Shown: positions 10,061 to 19,454 of the stretch, piece by piece | Position numbering within the stretch: the stretch's first letter is position 1 | Layout of the letters: each line of letters begins with the position of its first letter | DNA from: a virus | Length of the DNA stretch: 64,000 bases | IMG/VR virus record: IMGVR_UViG_3300027704_003324 | Location: 75,241 to 139,240 of that record | Strand: one strand, 5' to 3' | Made by a program: the position numbers and the translations under genes | Notes under the pieces: model-generated | Database searches by the model: none | Seen by the model: only the letters and a program-made list of their open reading frames with translations | Told to the model about the DNA's origin: nothing

Positions 10061-11206
10061 TTATTCTTTTATTATTGCGTTATCGATTGTCCCGAACTTT
10101 AAATCTAACATATCCCAATCATTATCATGTTTACCGTACTGTTTTACTAATCGTTTAAGAATTTCAGGAATGAATTTATGTTCTTTTAAAATTCTTTGGT
10201 AATTTTTTCTATTTCTTATTACCTTTTCTTCTGTAAGCTTTTTAATTTCATTAAAGTTATTAAAGTTATCTGAGTACAGGTATTTATCGTTAAGATTTTT
10301 TAGTTGAGCAGAGATTCCGTTTATCCTTCGTGAATATGGAGAATAAGCATCAAAAGTGTAATCAAATAATTCGTCATAAAGTTCAAAACCGTATGTTGTT
10401 AACATTTTATTAATATGTCTTCCTCCTGCTATAACAAAAGGAACTGCCCAATTAATAGCATTAAAAGTTTTTTCTGTCCAAAAAATTCCATCTGGTTGGG
10501 ATTCACTTATAATATGAATAGCCCCTTTCCATATCTCTTCTGGTGGAGAAGTTGAATATTGATTTACACTACCTTTAAATTTATCTCCGGGAAATGAATA
10601 TACCTTATTGTTATCTTCCCAGTGTTTAAATTTATATTCTCCTTCTGTAGTATCTCTATCGTTATGCCAGGTGTAGTGTAGAGCATTATCCAGTAAAGAA
10701 TCTTTAGCAAAAGTATCCATAAGTTCCATTCTATGATTATGTGCTCTGTTTATCATACAGGTACCTATCTTGTTTGGAACTATATTAGTACCTAATCTTG
10801 GGTTCAAAATATTACTTTCATTATCTCTATGGTATAGTAAACTGCCGTATAACCAGAACATAGGCCAGTAATGTGTAGTTGTATTTTCAACAGGTATAGG
10901 TTTAGGTACTATTTGCCCTCTACTTCCGTATACAATGTGAAGCTGTATATCTCTATCAATCAAAAGTTTTTCCATCTCCCTAATTGAATTTAAATCTGCA
11001 TCTTCTGCAAATCTAGGTTGGCTAGGATCTGTTTTGATATCGCTCCAGTTAAACTCCCATTCTTCAGCATTAAAAAATAGTATTTCTTTAACAGAGCTCC
11101 TATTGTGTTTAATTGAATTATAAATAGTGTCAAACAACGTACCTGATGTATATAACTTATTGTCTTGCCATTGTCTGAGTATTAAGAGTCCATTAATGTT
11201 TTTCAT
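10061..11206 (-). CDS. Uncharacterised GT-B-like protein (TEK family paralog 1)
   Basis: INRAHNHR, IISES, WTEKTF, PFVIAG, GFELYDELFDYTFD shared with 11775-13073 and 13970-15298. Confidence 0.55.
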   Translation of the reverse strand: MKNINGLLILRQWQDNKLYTSGTLFDTIYNSIKHNRSSVKEILFFNAEEWEFNWSDIKTDPSQPRFAEDADLNSIREMEKLLIDRDIQLHIVYGSRGQIVPKPIPVENTTTHYWPMFWLYGSLLYHRDNESNILNPRLGTNIVPNKIGTCMINRAHNHRMELMDTFAKDSLLDNALHYTWHNDRDTTEGEYKFKHWEDNNKVYSFPGDKFKGSVNQYSTSPPEEIWKGAIHIISESQPDGIFWTEKTFNAINWAVPFVIAGGRHINKMLTTYGFELYDELFDYTFDAYSPYSRRINGISAQLKNLNDKYLYSDNFNNFNEIKKLTEEKVIRNRKNYQRILKEHKFIPEILKRLVKQYGKHDNDWDMLDLKFGTIDNAIIKE

Positions 11207-11775
11207 AAAGTAGCGTATAAAGAATTTAGTATTTCTGTTGATGCACTATAGTCTTTAATCTCATAGTAAAGAGAAGTATATTCTTTGCTTTGTAGGTATT
11301 GTCTATCTACTCTACCTCCAAATAGTACTGCTACTCTATTATTATGTATATTAACTTCATTACTCCATTTGTTAATTAAATCATACATTAAATGGTTATT
11401 TTTCACATAAGTTACTTCTTTAGTTAAATCTAGTACTAATTTACATCTTCCGTCTCTGATGTCTTGTAGTACTTTCTCGGATATAACTTTAAATCCGCTA
11501 TTAATATTATTATAGAAGTAGGTGGGAGTTAGTACTTTTATTACATATAAATGTTTACTATCTACTATGTCCTTTATTTCTATATACTCTTGTGACTTTA
11601 AATCCGTAAGTAAATCAGAAGAACGGGTTCCATATCTAAAATAATCTTTCGGCAAAGTATGAAGCATAGTCATTTTATTGGATTCTTTTAGATTCCAGGT
11701 TTCAGATGTACCATTAGGCCTATTGAAGCCTAAAAGTGTATCGTACGATTCTATACTAAATTTAATTTTATCCAT
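11203..11775 (-). CDS. Stand-alone N-terminal domain of the TEK/SEK family
   Basis: KHLYVIKVLTPTYFYNNINSGFKVISEKVLQDIRDGRCKLV aligns with KHIYLVNVFNPEFFKLNIDIGFDLMHERFKKDVIEKRCKVV of the adjacent gene. Confidence 0.55.
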   Translation of the reverse strand: MDKIKFSIESYDTLLGFNRPNGTSETWNLKESNKMTMLHTLPKDYFRYGTRSSDLLTDLKSQEYIEIKDIVDSKHLYVIKVLTPTYFYNNINSGFKVISEKVLQDIRDGRCKLVLDLTKEVTYVKNNHLMYDLINKWSNEVNIHNNRVAVLFGGRVDRQYLQSKEYTSLYYEIKDYSASTEILNSLYATL

Positions 11776-13073
11776 TATAACAAAGGAGTATTAACTGCTT
11801 TTAACTGGTTTATAAGGCAATGCTGCGGTTCATAGTCTTCTCCATGTCCCCAGTTTAGTCTAATTTTGTATTCAAAATGACTTCTATTATGTGCAAGTAT
11901 TTCTTGCATGTCTTTTCTCATCTCATGTAACTCAAGAGTCGACAGTAGTGAGAGTTTTTTTAATTCTTTAGCAATATGTTCTGATCTATTAGTCCAATCT
12001 TCAAACTGATCATATTCTTCATTAAACCATTTACTAAACGTTTTATACCCTTCACATTTTAAATATTGAAGAGTACCTACAGAACCTAACACAAAAAATG
12101 GATGTCCCATAATAATAGGTTTCCATATTTTTTCAGATACAAATAATGTCCCTTTATTAACTAATGTTTCTGTTATTACTGAGCAAAATGTAGACTCGTA
12201 ATCTTGTATTTCTATATTACATGCTAAGTTAAAAAAAGTATTTTTATTATCTATTTGCAAAGGTAGTTGTTTTGCTACTTCTCTCCAATCTCTATCATAG
12301 ACTCCATGTTGCCTTATAGGATTAGAGTGGTGTGCATCTACAGGTTTACCTAAACTTGCTCTTCCTCTATCTAAAATACCGTACTCTTGTAGTTTAGCTA
12401 TGAAATGTAAACGTGAAGGTCTAGGTGCTCTATTATAGGTAAGAAAAAGTTGTTTATTATCTACAGGTTTAAACTTACTTACGGGGTTTACTACTTCATT
12501 TTTATTCCAAGCACTAAATGCTTCATAGTGGTGTACTCTAATGCCGTTGTTTCTAACTTTAATGTGTTCACTAGCAATAGCATTACCTGTAATAAAATGA
12601 ACACTGTTTTTAGGAAAACCTGCTTTTATTCTCCAATTTTCTACTATTTCAATATCGTTATTACCCTCCATTTGAGAATACCCTTCAAATACATACCAGA
12701 TAACAACTTTGCATCTCTTTTCTATGACATCCTTCTTAAACCTTTCATGCATTAAATCGAAACCTATATCAATATTAAGTTTGAAGAATTCTGGGTTGAA
12801 TACGTTAACTAGGTATATGTGTTTTTCGTTATGCTCTAATGTTTCGCTATCTTTCCAAATAATCTCTTCTGAATAAAATGTATGAGGGTAAGCATCGTTG
12901 TTAAGCTTACCGTGATCAAAAAATTCTCCTGTTTCACCAAATATGTTCCATGTACCTAAAGTATAAGGTATGTGAAATTTACCTGTTTCTTTCATATACC
13001 ATGAAGGAGACGATAGATTTGGTCTAGGTCCTTTATATATAGAATCGTAATTTTCTCTAGATAATGTTATCAT
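11775..13073 (-). CDS. Uncharacterised GT-B-like protein (SEK family paralog 2)
   Basis: FLTYNRAPRPSR, SVITET, FVSEKIWKPI, HPFFVLG, GYKTF. Confidence 0.55.
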   Translation of the reverse strand: MITLSRENYDSIYKGPRPNLSSPSWYMKETGKFHIPYTLGTWNIFGETGEFFDHGKLNNDAYPHTFYSEEIIWKDSETLEHNEKHIYLVNVFNPEFFKLNIDIGFDLMHERFKKDVIEKRCKVVIWYVFEGYSQMEGNNDIEIVENWRIKAGFPKNSVHFITGNAIASEHIKVRNNGIRVHHYEAFSAWNKNEVVNPVSKFKPVDNKQLFLTYNRAPRPSRLHFIAKLQEYGILDRGRASLGKPVDAHHSNPIRQHGVYDRDWREVAKQLPLQIDNKNTFFNLACNIEIQDYESTFCSVITETLVNKGTLFVSEKIWKPIIMGHPFFVLGSVGTLQYLKCEGYKTFSKWFNEEYDQFEDWTNRSEHIAKELKKLSLLSTLELHEMRKDMQEILAHNRSHFEYKIRLNWGHGEDYEPQHCLINQLKAVNTPLL

Positions 13074-13963
13074 ACGTACTCTTTCTTTACTAAGTATTCA
13101 TATACTATTTTTGCCAGTACTTTGTGTCCGTATTTAGTCGGATGAGAACAAGGAGTCCAGTATTTATTTTCTTTACCTATATATTGTCCATACCAAGCAT
13201 AATTACGTTTCTTTCTTAACTTTGGTTGTTTATTAAGGATAAGGAGTTGATCTATTAACTGTATGTCTTCTTCTCCGTACATCCAATTATTAAAATCTAT
13301 CTGATCTATAATCTTGCTTTGTCTATTTTGGTCGTCCTCAGTTGTATCGGACATAATATTTTTAATCATTAAGCTTTTATAGCCCAGGTCTTCCATTTGA
13401 TTAATAACTACTAAGTTTGCGTTATTGAGCTTACACCAGTTCTGCAGTTCAACTAAAGTAGAAATGAATTCTAAAGTAGTAGATTTATCATTAAATATTG
13501 CTGTTCCATATCCTATCCATAAGTCTTTATGCCCTAATCTATCTTTGTCATCGAAATCCGGATCTTGAGGCCAAATAGTTTCAAATAGATTACCTGAGGC
13601 TAGGTTTGTATCTGGAGCTATAAATTCATATCTACAAAACTGAGTAAAGGAAAATACAATGGTTATCTCAGAAGCTAAAGTAGCATCAAATTGAGGAGAA
13701 AATGTAGTTAGTTTTTTCACAGCATTACGGTTACCTTTGCCTCTATTACCTAGATTTATTATATTATAATCTTTTAAATGATTTTTCTTTAGTTGACTGG
13801 GCCATGAGTTGTTTCTCTCCATTTCAGTAAAGGTATTAATTACGCTTTGCTTAGTAGGTTCCATCCATTCTAATGTTTCCCAGATACCGTCATCATAGGC
13901 ACCTTGTCCTTCAGTAAATGAATCTCCTATAGCGATAATAACTTTATCTCCTCTCTTAATCAT
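13070..13963 (-). CDS. SGNH/GDSL hydrolase-like protein
   Basis: AIGDSFTEG, SWP, NLGNRGKGN, C-terminal SHPT..GH. Confidence 0.75.
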   Translation of the reverse strand: MIKRGDKVIIAIGDSFTEGQGAYDDGIWETLEWMEPTKQSVINTFTEMERNNSWPSQLKKNHLKDYNIINLGNRGKGNRNAVKKLTTFSPQFDATLASEITIVFSFTQFCRYEFIAPDTNLASGNLFETIWPQDPDFDDKDRLGHKDLWIGYGTAIFNDKSTTLEFISTLVELQNWCKLNNANLVVINQMEDLGYKSLMIKNIMSDTTEDDQNRQSKIIDQIDFNNWMYGEEDIQLIDQLLILNKQPKLRKKRNYAWYGQYIGKENKYWTPCSHPTKYGHKVLAKIVYEYLVKKEYV

Positions 13964-13969
13964 CTTTAT

Positions 13970-15298
13970 TTATTTACAGTAATTGCAAAATGAATCAAAA
14001 TTAGTTGGCTTTTGAAATCTTACGTTATTCTCCATTACTAACTTATTATATTCTACAACTCCTCTTAATTGATTAAACCATTCTAACTTATCTTCAATAC
14101 TTCTTTTACTAAATGCTTCTATCCATTCTAAGATAGCATCCGTTCTTTGTATATCGTTTAATTTATCATACTCTTCTGGGATCATAGCATCAAAGGTTTG
14201 GTACCCGTATTTAGTATGTAAATACTCTAAGCTATCTCTACCTCCAAATACAATAAATGGATGATTTGCAGCTATTGGTTTAAATACTTTTTCACTTAAG
14301 AAAACTGCTTTATTTTTATCCTCAAATTGTGCTTCACTTACAATGGTAACAAAAGAATCTAACATAGGTTGTTCATTTAACCTGTTTATAAACTCTCCAG
14401 CGTCAATATTATCATTTTCTCCGAATGTAGGTACATTATCATAGAATAAAGGAAGAGTTTTTGCTGCAGGACCTAAATCAACTGTTGTAAGAACTTCTTC
14501 TCCCATATTGCATCTTTGGTCTAATTCATAACTAAACTTATTCATGCTAACTATTCCTTCTTTAAGTAAATCTTTCTTATGAAGCATAGTGTACATCCAT
14601 ATCCTATGTTGTCTAGGTCTTCGGTTTAAAAAATTGTATACTTTTATTTTTTCTTTATTAGCATGTTTATATTTTAAATGATCATCAAATGTAGGTGCAT
14701 AAACGTCTGGTTCTTTACTGTTAAGGTATATATCTGCTTCAAAATGACTATACCCTAGAACCTTAATAGTTTTAGTTTTATTGTCTCTCTCGTACTCTTC
14801 TTTATGTTTATGTATATTTAGATCACCTGTAATAAACATTATGCTCTCCACAGGGATATTAAGTCTATCACACTCCTCTTTGAAGAAATCAAACAGAGTA
14901 TCGTCGTAGTATCCCTCTAAAGAATTATCAAACACAATTAAAGCTTCTTTCTTTTGAGCTTTAAGTATATGTTTCATACTAATTGCTGAGAATATTGATG
15001 CTCCATTTTTTTTCATCCAATGATCTGGTGCTGCATGAACACCTATTGGGTATATGTATTTAATGTTCTGTATTTTAGAGTCAGTACCTAAGTACTTATT
15101 AATCCTATAGCTACTATTTAAACCAAAACAAATGTTATCCCGAGTATCTCTATCATCATACATTTCTGGTTTAAGAATAGGTGTGCTAAAGTTTTTTAAT
15201 ACATCCAAGTGTATGAAGTAAGGGGAAGATGTTAAATGCGTGCCTTTCCACGATCTATCTCCATTAAATCCGTCATGTGTATCAGTAACTATGTTCAT
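13970..15298 (-). CDS. Uncharacterised GT-B-like protein (SEK family paralog 3)
   Basis: NFLNRRPRQHR, TIVSE, FLSEKVFKPI, HPFIVFG, GYQTFD. Confidence 0.55.
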   Translation of the reverse strand: MNIVTDTHDGFNGDRSWKGTHLTSSPYFIHLDVLKNFSTPILKPEMYDDRDTRDNICFGLNSSYRINKYLGTDSKIQNIKYIYPIGVHAAPDHWMKKNGASIFSAISMKHILKAQKKEALIVFDNSLEGYYDDTLFDFFKEECDRLNIPVESIMFITGDLNIHKHKEEYERDNKTKTIKVLGYSHFEADIYLNSKEPDVYAPTFDDHLKYKHANKEKIKVYNFLNRRPRQHRIWMYTMLHKKDLLKEGIVSMNKFSYELDQRCNMGEEVLTTVDLGPAAKTLPLFYDNVPTFGENDNIDAGEFINRLNEQPMLDSFVTIVSEAQFEDKNKAVFLSEKVFKPIAANHPFIVFGGRDSLEYLHTKYGYQTFDAMIPEEYDKLNDIQRTDAILEWIEAFSKRSIEDKLEWFNQLRGVVEYNKLVMENNVRFQKPTNFDSFCNYCK

Positions 15299-15299
15299 C

Positions 15300-16304
15300 T
15301 TATTTTTTCCAAAAACTATACAATCCTTTATCTATTTCGTAACTATCCCAAACAAATCTTTCTCTATTTGGTTGCTTCTTAGCCCATTTCCACATTTTAG
15401 ATAAACCTTCATATAAGTCTGTCTTATATTCATATCCAAGAATATCAATAGATTTTTGATATGAGGGGTAAGCGTCTTTAACTTCATGTCTACCTTCTAA
15501 GTACTCAACTGTACCGTTTTTAATAACGTCTCTCAGAATTGCGTTTGCTTCATTTATAGAGTGAAACTTTGTACCGCCGAGGTTAATTGTTTCGCAACAA
15601 GCTTCTTTTAGTGTTGCGGCTTTCCATAATGGTTCCAAACAGTCATCTATAAAAGAGAAAGCTCTAGTCTGGGTTCCGTCACCAAATATTGTCATTGGTA
15701 AATCATTAATGTATTGGTACATCCAAATTCCTAATACATTTCTATATTTATCCCATATGTTTTGCCCTGTACCGAATACATTATGTGGTCTGATAATGCA
15801 GTACTCTAATCCGTGTTGTTCGTGAGCTACTTTTATATCCATTTCACAAGCGTATTTAGCAATACCGTAAGGGTCTATTGGTGAAGGTATATCAGACTCT
15901 TCAAAGGGTCTTTTTCCTTCCCATCCGTGTCCATATACAGCCATAGATGAAGTAAAGACTAATCTTTTTACATCGTGAATTATACATTCATTTACTATTG
16001 CAGCTGTTGCTATAGTATTATTAGTATAGTTGTATTTTCTTATAAAAGGAGATAAACCTTCTGCTGCATAGGCTGCAAAATGAAATACATATTCTGGTTT
16101 ATGGTATTCAAATATACCTGTTAGGTCTTCTTTTGCTATATCAGTTTCATAGAAAATGATTCTCTTGTCTATATTTTCTCTATAACCTCCTGAAAGGTTA
16201 TCGATTCCAACTACTGTGTATTCTGGTTTATTATCTAAAATCCATTTAGCTAACCTACTACCTAATAGCCCTGCAACACCAGTTATTACTATTTTTTTGT
16301 CCAT
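15300..16304 (-). CDS. NAD-dependent nucleotide-sugar epimerase/dehydratase (extended SDR)
   Basis: ITGVAGLLG, HFAA, FTSSMAVYG, YGIAK (YxxxK), RPHNVFG, GDGTQTRAF. Confidence 0.92.
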   Translation of the reverse strand: MDKKIVITGVAGLLGSRLAKWILDNKPEYTVVGIDNLSGGYRENIDKRIIFYETDIAKEDLTGIFEYHKPEYVFHFAAYAAEGLSPFIRKYNYTNNTIATAAIVNECIIHDVKRLVFTSSMAVYGHGWEGKRPFEESDIPSPIDPYGIAKYACEMDIKVAHEQHGLEYCIIRPHNVFGTGQNIWDKYRNVLGIWMYQYINDLPMTIFGDGTQTRAFSFIDDCLEPLWKAATLKEACCETINLGGTKFHSINEANAILRDVIKNGTVEYLEGRHEVKDAYPSYQKSIDILGYEYKTDLYEGLSKMWKWAKKQPNRERFVWDSYEIDKGLYSFWKK

Positions 16305-16807
16305 AATCCTGTTATTTGTAGAGTATATCTTGGTTCAATACCAATATTACTAGCAGCATGCTCTACATCTGTGCTATAAATTACATAATCTCCTCTTTTC
16401 CAATTTACTATAGCCTTTCCTTCTGCTTCAAAATAATGTCCAGGCTTCCAGTCTTCTATAAATATGATGGCTCTACATACTCTATCAATACTTCTTTCTA
16501 ATTTAAACCTTTTACAGTATGTCTGAAAGTGGTCAATATGTGGAGGCATAATTTCAAGCTGTACCATTTTATAGAAGGTATAACCACAATGTGTTAATCC
16601 TAATTCATTTGATACATCTTCTACCCATTCTGGCATTGGGTTTTTACTATTATAAAGAGCTCCTAGAAAAGTATCATGAGTGTATCCTTGATTTCTCCAG
16701 TTATTTAGTTCTTTTTTGTTTGTAAGATTCTGTTTTGTATAAGGAAAATGCAAATATTCATTTCCCATTACTGTGTTAATCTTACCTTGTTTAACCCAAT
16801 TATCCAT
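16289..16807 (-). CDS. 2OG-Fe(II) oxygenase/cupin-fold protein
   Basis: PPHID (HxD), WKRGD, HAASNIG, RYTLQITG. Confidence 0.7.
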   Translation of the reverse strand: MDNWVKQGKINTVMGNEYLHFPYTKQNLTNKKELNNWRNQGYTHDTFLGALYNSKNPMPEWVEDVSNELGLTHCGYTFYKMVQLEIMPPHIDHFQTYCKRFKLERSIDRVCRAIIFIEDWKPGHYFEAEGKAIVNWKRGDYVIYSTDVEHAASNIGIEPRYTLQITGLWTKK

Positions 16808-16809
16808 AT

Positions 16810-17820
16810 TTAATCTCTTACCATATCAGCAGTGCAGCAATGAAAAGAACCTCCTAATGTTCTGGAGTGTCTTATATTTAAGTCCAAAGCTTCAATCTTA
16901 TATTTTTTAAGTTGCTTAATTAATTCTGTTTGTCTATTATCTACACATACTGTATTTTCGTCTAACGAGATAAGATTTATTCCTACCCATTCTGATGCTC
17001 TTAGTACTCCTTTGTATCCTATATCTACCATTGGTGCTGCATATATAATATCCCACCCTTTAAAGAGTTTTGGCATATTCTTTTCGTTAATTCTAGATGG
17101 ATTAACTAATGCTAGTCCGTCTCTTAGAATGGCAATTGTAGAATCTATATGAGAATAGGAATACATATTTTCTAAGTAGTGTACATTGTATTTATCTCCT
17201 AATATATTTTTTAACCAGGTATGTCCTTTTTTATTACCTGTATTAGAGTTTAAATACAGAATGTCGTCGTTATGTCTTAGTATATTTGCTGCATCAAAGA
17301 CAGGTTCAACATTAGTTAATGTTAAATCCTTTAAATTAGTTCTTTGGTAAGAATCATCTGTTAATCTTGGTTTAGGTGCACATATCCATTTAGATCCTTT
17401 GTCATTATATTTTATAAAAAGGTCCCTATAAGCATCCGTTTCAAACTGTCTGGATCTTAACGTCATAGGTGATTCTATAAGGGTATCTCCTATTACTGTC
17501 ATAGTATCTCTAGGACAAAAGGTATAGTATTGATCTGTCTCCCAATATCCGTTAGATACGGTCTTAGTAGTATCTATTATATCAGGTCTGTGTACTATAG
17601 CTCCAAAATCCTGCAAAGCTTTTGTCAATAGGTCAAGATCTTCTATAGACTCTTCATAAACTTTAGGATCAAAGAATCCTAATTCCTTAGAAGGTATATT
17701 ATCTTTGTCCGCATAGTTAATAGCATGGAGATCAAAACCATGTCTAGGCATATTTGCATTGTCGACTCTTCCGACAATTACTTCTCTTAATTTACCGTAT
17801 TCATTTTTTACATTAACCAT
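16810..17820 (-). CDS. Amidinotransferase (glycine / inosamine-phosphate StrB1-like)
   Basis: LREVIVG, CPRD, FDAAN, HIDST, GGSFHCCT: complete Asp-His-Cys triad. Confidence 0.9.
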   Translation of the reverse strand: MVNVKNEYGKLREVIVGRVDNANMPRHGFDLHAINYADKDNIPSKELGFFDPKVYEESIEDLDLLTKALQDFGAIVHRPDIIDTTKTVSNGYWETDQYYTFCPRDTMTVIGDTLIESPMTLRSRQFETDAYRDLFIKYNDKGSKWICAPKPRLTDDSYQRTNLKDLTLTNVEPVFDAANILRHNDDILYLNSNTGNKKGHTWLKNILGDKYNVHYLENMYSYSHIDSTIAILRDGLALVNPSRINEKNMPKLFKGWDIIYAAPMVDIGYKGVLRASEWVGINLISLDENTVCVDNRQTELIKQLKKYKIEALDLNIRHSRTLGGSFHCCTADMVRD

Positions 17821-18412
17821 TTGAAAATACTTTATAGTTTGTTAAATCTGGGTAGTTCTTATATGACCACTCTTTAGGTTTAGTTGCTACTGCATCAGGT
17901 ATTTTATGAATACCCATTAGAGCAGTTTCAGGAGTCATATAATAATGATACCCTGCTGTATTAATTTCTTGTTTATCCCAAGGTAGTGGAGATTTAATAT
18001 CTCTACCATCGTAAGACATTCTCCTTAGTTCATCTGCTGCTTCTTCATTATCAGTTAAGATCATCCCTCCTCTTCCTAAGTTCAAATGCTTCTTAAATTG
18101 AAAACTTAGTACCATAAAGGTCCTATCAATATACGAACTTTCTTTCCAATACACTGCTGAATCTATAATATTTTCAGTTATATAGTAATAATCGTACCAA
18201 TTTTCATCTTTCCAGGTTAGTTCTAAGGTTAATTTACTAGCTAACATAGGAATAGATAGATACGTATGTTTTGGTACCTCAATTTTTTTAGCTTTTGTGT
18301 ATCTGAGAGCTAATTCTAAACCATGAGTACAACAGTCTACTGCTACTGCAAATGGAGCTCCATAATGACGAGCTATTTGTGATTCGAATATGTTTACAGT
18401 TGCAAATCCCAT
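17813..18412 (-). CDS. Short DegT/DnrJ/EryC1/StrS-family PLP aminotransferase
   Basis: AVAVDCCTHGLELAL, IDSA, LSFQFKKHL (PLP Lys), GRGGMILTD, GYHYYM. Confidence 0.82.
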   Translation of the reverse strand: MGFATVNIFESQIARHYGAPFAVAVDCCTHGLELALRYTKAKKIEVPKHTYLSIPMLASKLTLELTWKDENWYDYYYITENIIDSAVYWKESSYIDRTFMVLSFQFKKHLNLGRGGMILTDNEEAADELRRMSYDGRDIKSPLPWDKQEINTAGYHYYMTPETALMGIHKIPDAVATKPKEWSYKNYPDLTNYKVFSNG

Positions 18413-19452
18413 TAGTTAAGTTTTGATATACAATTAAATGCATGTTTTATGTTAACGAGTATTTTGTCTATAGGGTCAGTAATGTGGTAAGTTAGTAGGT
18501 CTGTGCTATATGCTGCTACCAAAGTCCAAGTTGATACCGGATGTCCTAATATAATTTTACAAGTTCTTAATGCTGATTGATCTATTACTGTTTCTAGACC
18601 TGTTCTTTCTAAGTTAGTAGATTCGTATAAGTGAGTACTGTGTATGTATTTAGGTACATGCTTATAAAAATCATCTCTAGTAAATACTTTAGTGCCTTCA
18701 GGTAATAGATCTGTAATCTTCTTAAGTTCTATAGTAGGTAGATCAGTAGAGATATAAAACTGTGCTTTTGGTCTTTCTGCTATGATGTCCTGAAGCAACC
18801 TAGTAACTTTTCTATCATTTACATACTTGTATATAGAATCTTTTGATCTGGGATTATTCTGGTTTAATAAATCATTATCCTGTAATGTTTCACTAAACTC
18901 TAACATTTCTTTTTTAGATTTAAATACTCCTGATCCTCTTCTCAAATGCACTCCTATAGTGTTAGTTCCAAGTACTTTCAAAAAACTTTTTCTAAATGTT
19001 GGATCTATAAGTTTTATTTCTCTACTTCCTTTACGTGTTTTATATTTAGTGTCTTCGAGTACTAAACCTACTTTGCTCCAATCGAATGCTGTATAGTAGT
19101 CAATATTATTTTTAAGCGTATCTTCTTTTCCGTCTAATATGTCATCAACCATTTTATTTGTAATAGGTAGAAGTTTTGTCCACTTCTCTTTATGGTGATC
19201 AAAATCCCATCTAGCTATTTTGCTTTGAATTTGAGGATCTGTATGCCATAACTGCCAGGTCATCATACCCGGAAAGTCTAGAAATTTCTTTTCATGCCAA
19301 AAGTGCTGTTCTACTTCTGTATTATGGTCTGTACCACAAATCATTTGTAATTTATATACTGTTTCCCAATGTTGTATTCTATTACCATATCCTGTATCAA
19401 ACTCATGGTGCCCACCTCCCCATGGTTCTAGTAATCTTATTTTATAATGCAA
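18412..19452 (-). CDS. Fucosyltransferase-like GT-B enzyme (GT11/GT23/NodZ-type motifs)
   Basis: GYGNRI, IGVHLRRG, FYISTD, STWT. Confidence 0.68.
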   Translation of the reverse strand: MHYKIRLLEPWGGGHHEFDTGYGNRIQHWETVYKLQMICGTDHNTEVEQHFWHEKKFLDFPGMMTWQLWHTDPQIQSKIARWDFDHHKEKWTKLLPITNKMVDDILDGKEDTLKNNIDYYTAFDWSKVGLVLEDTKYKTRKGSREIKLIDPTFRKSFLKVLGTNTIGVHLRRGSGVFKSKKEMLEFSETLQDNDLLNQNNPRSKDSIYKYVNDRKVTRLLQDIIAERPKAQFYISTDLPTIELKKITDLLPEGTKVFTRDDFYKHVPKYIHSTHLYESTNLERTGLETVIDQSALRTCKIILGHPVSTWTLVAAYSTDLLTYHITDPIDKILVNIKHAFNCISKLN

Positions 19453-19454
19453 GC

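Noticed and set aside
18128-18160. CGTATATTG half-sites at ~18128-18136 and ~58472-58480
   Set aside because: No TTG at the 20-nt spacing seen in the five accepted copies
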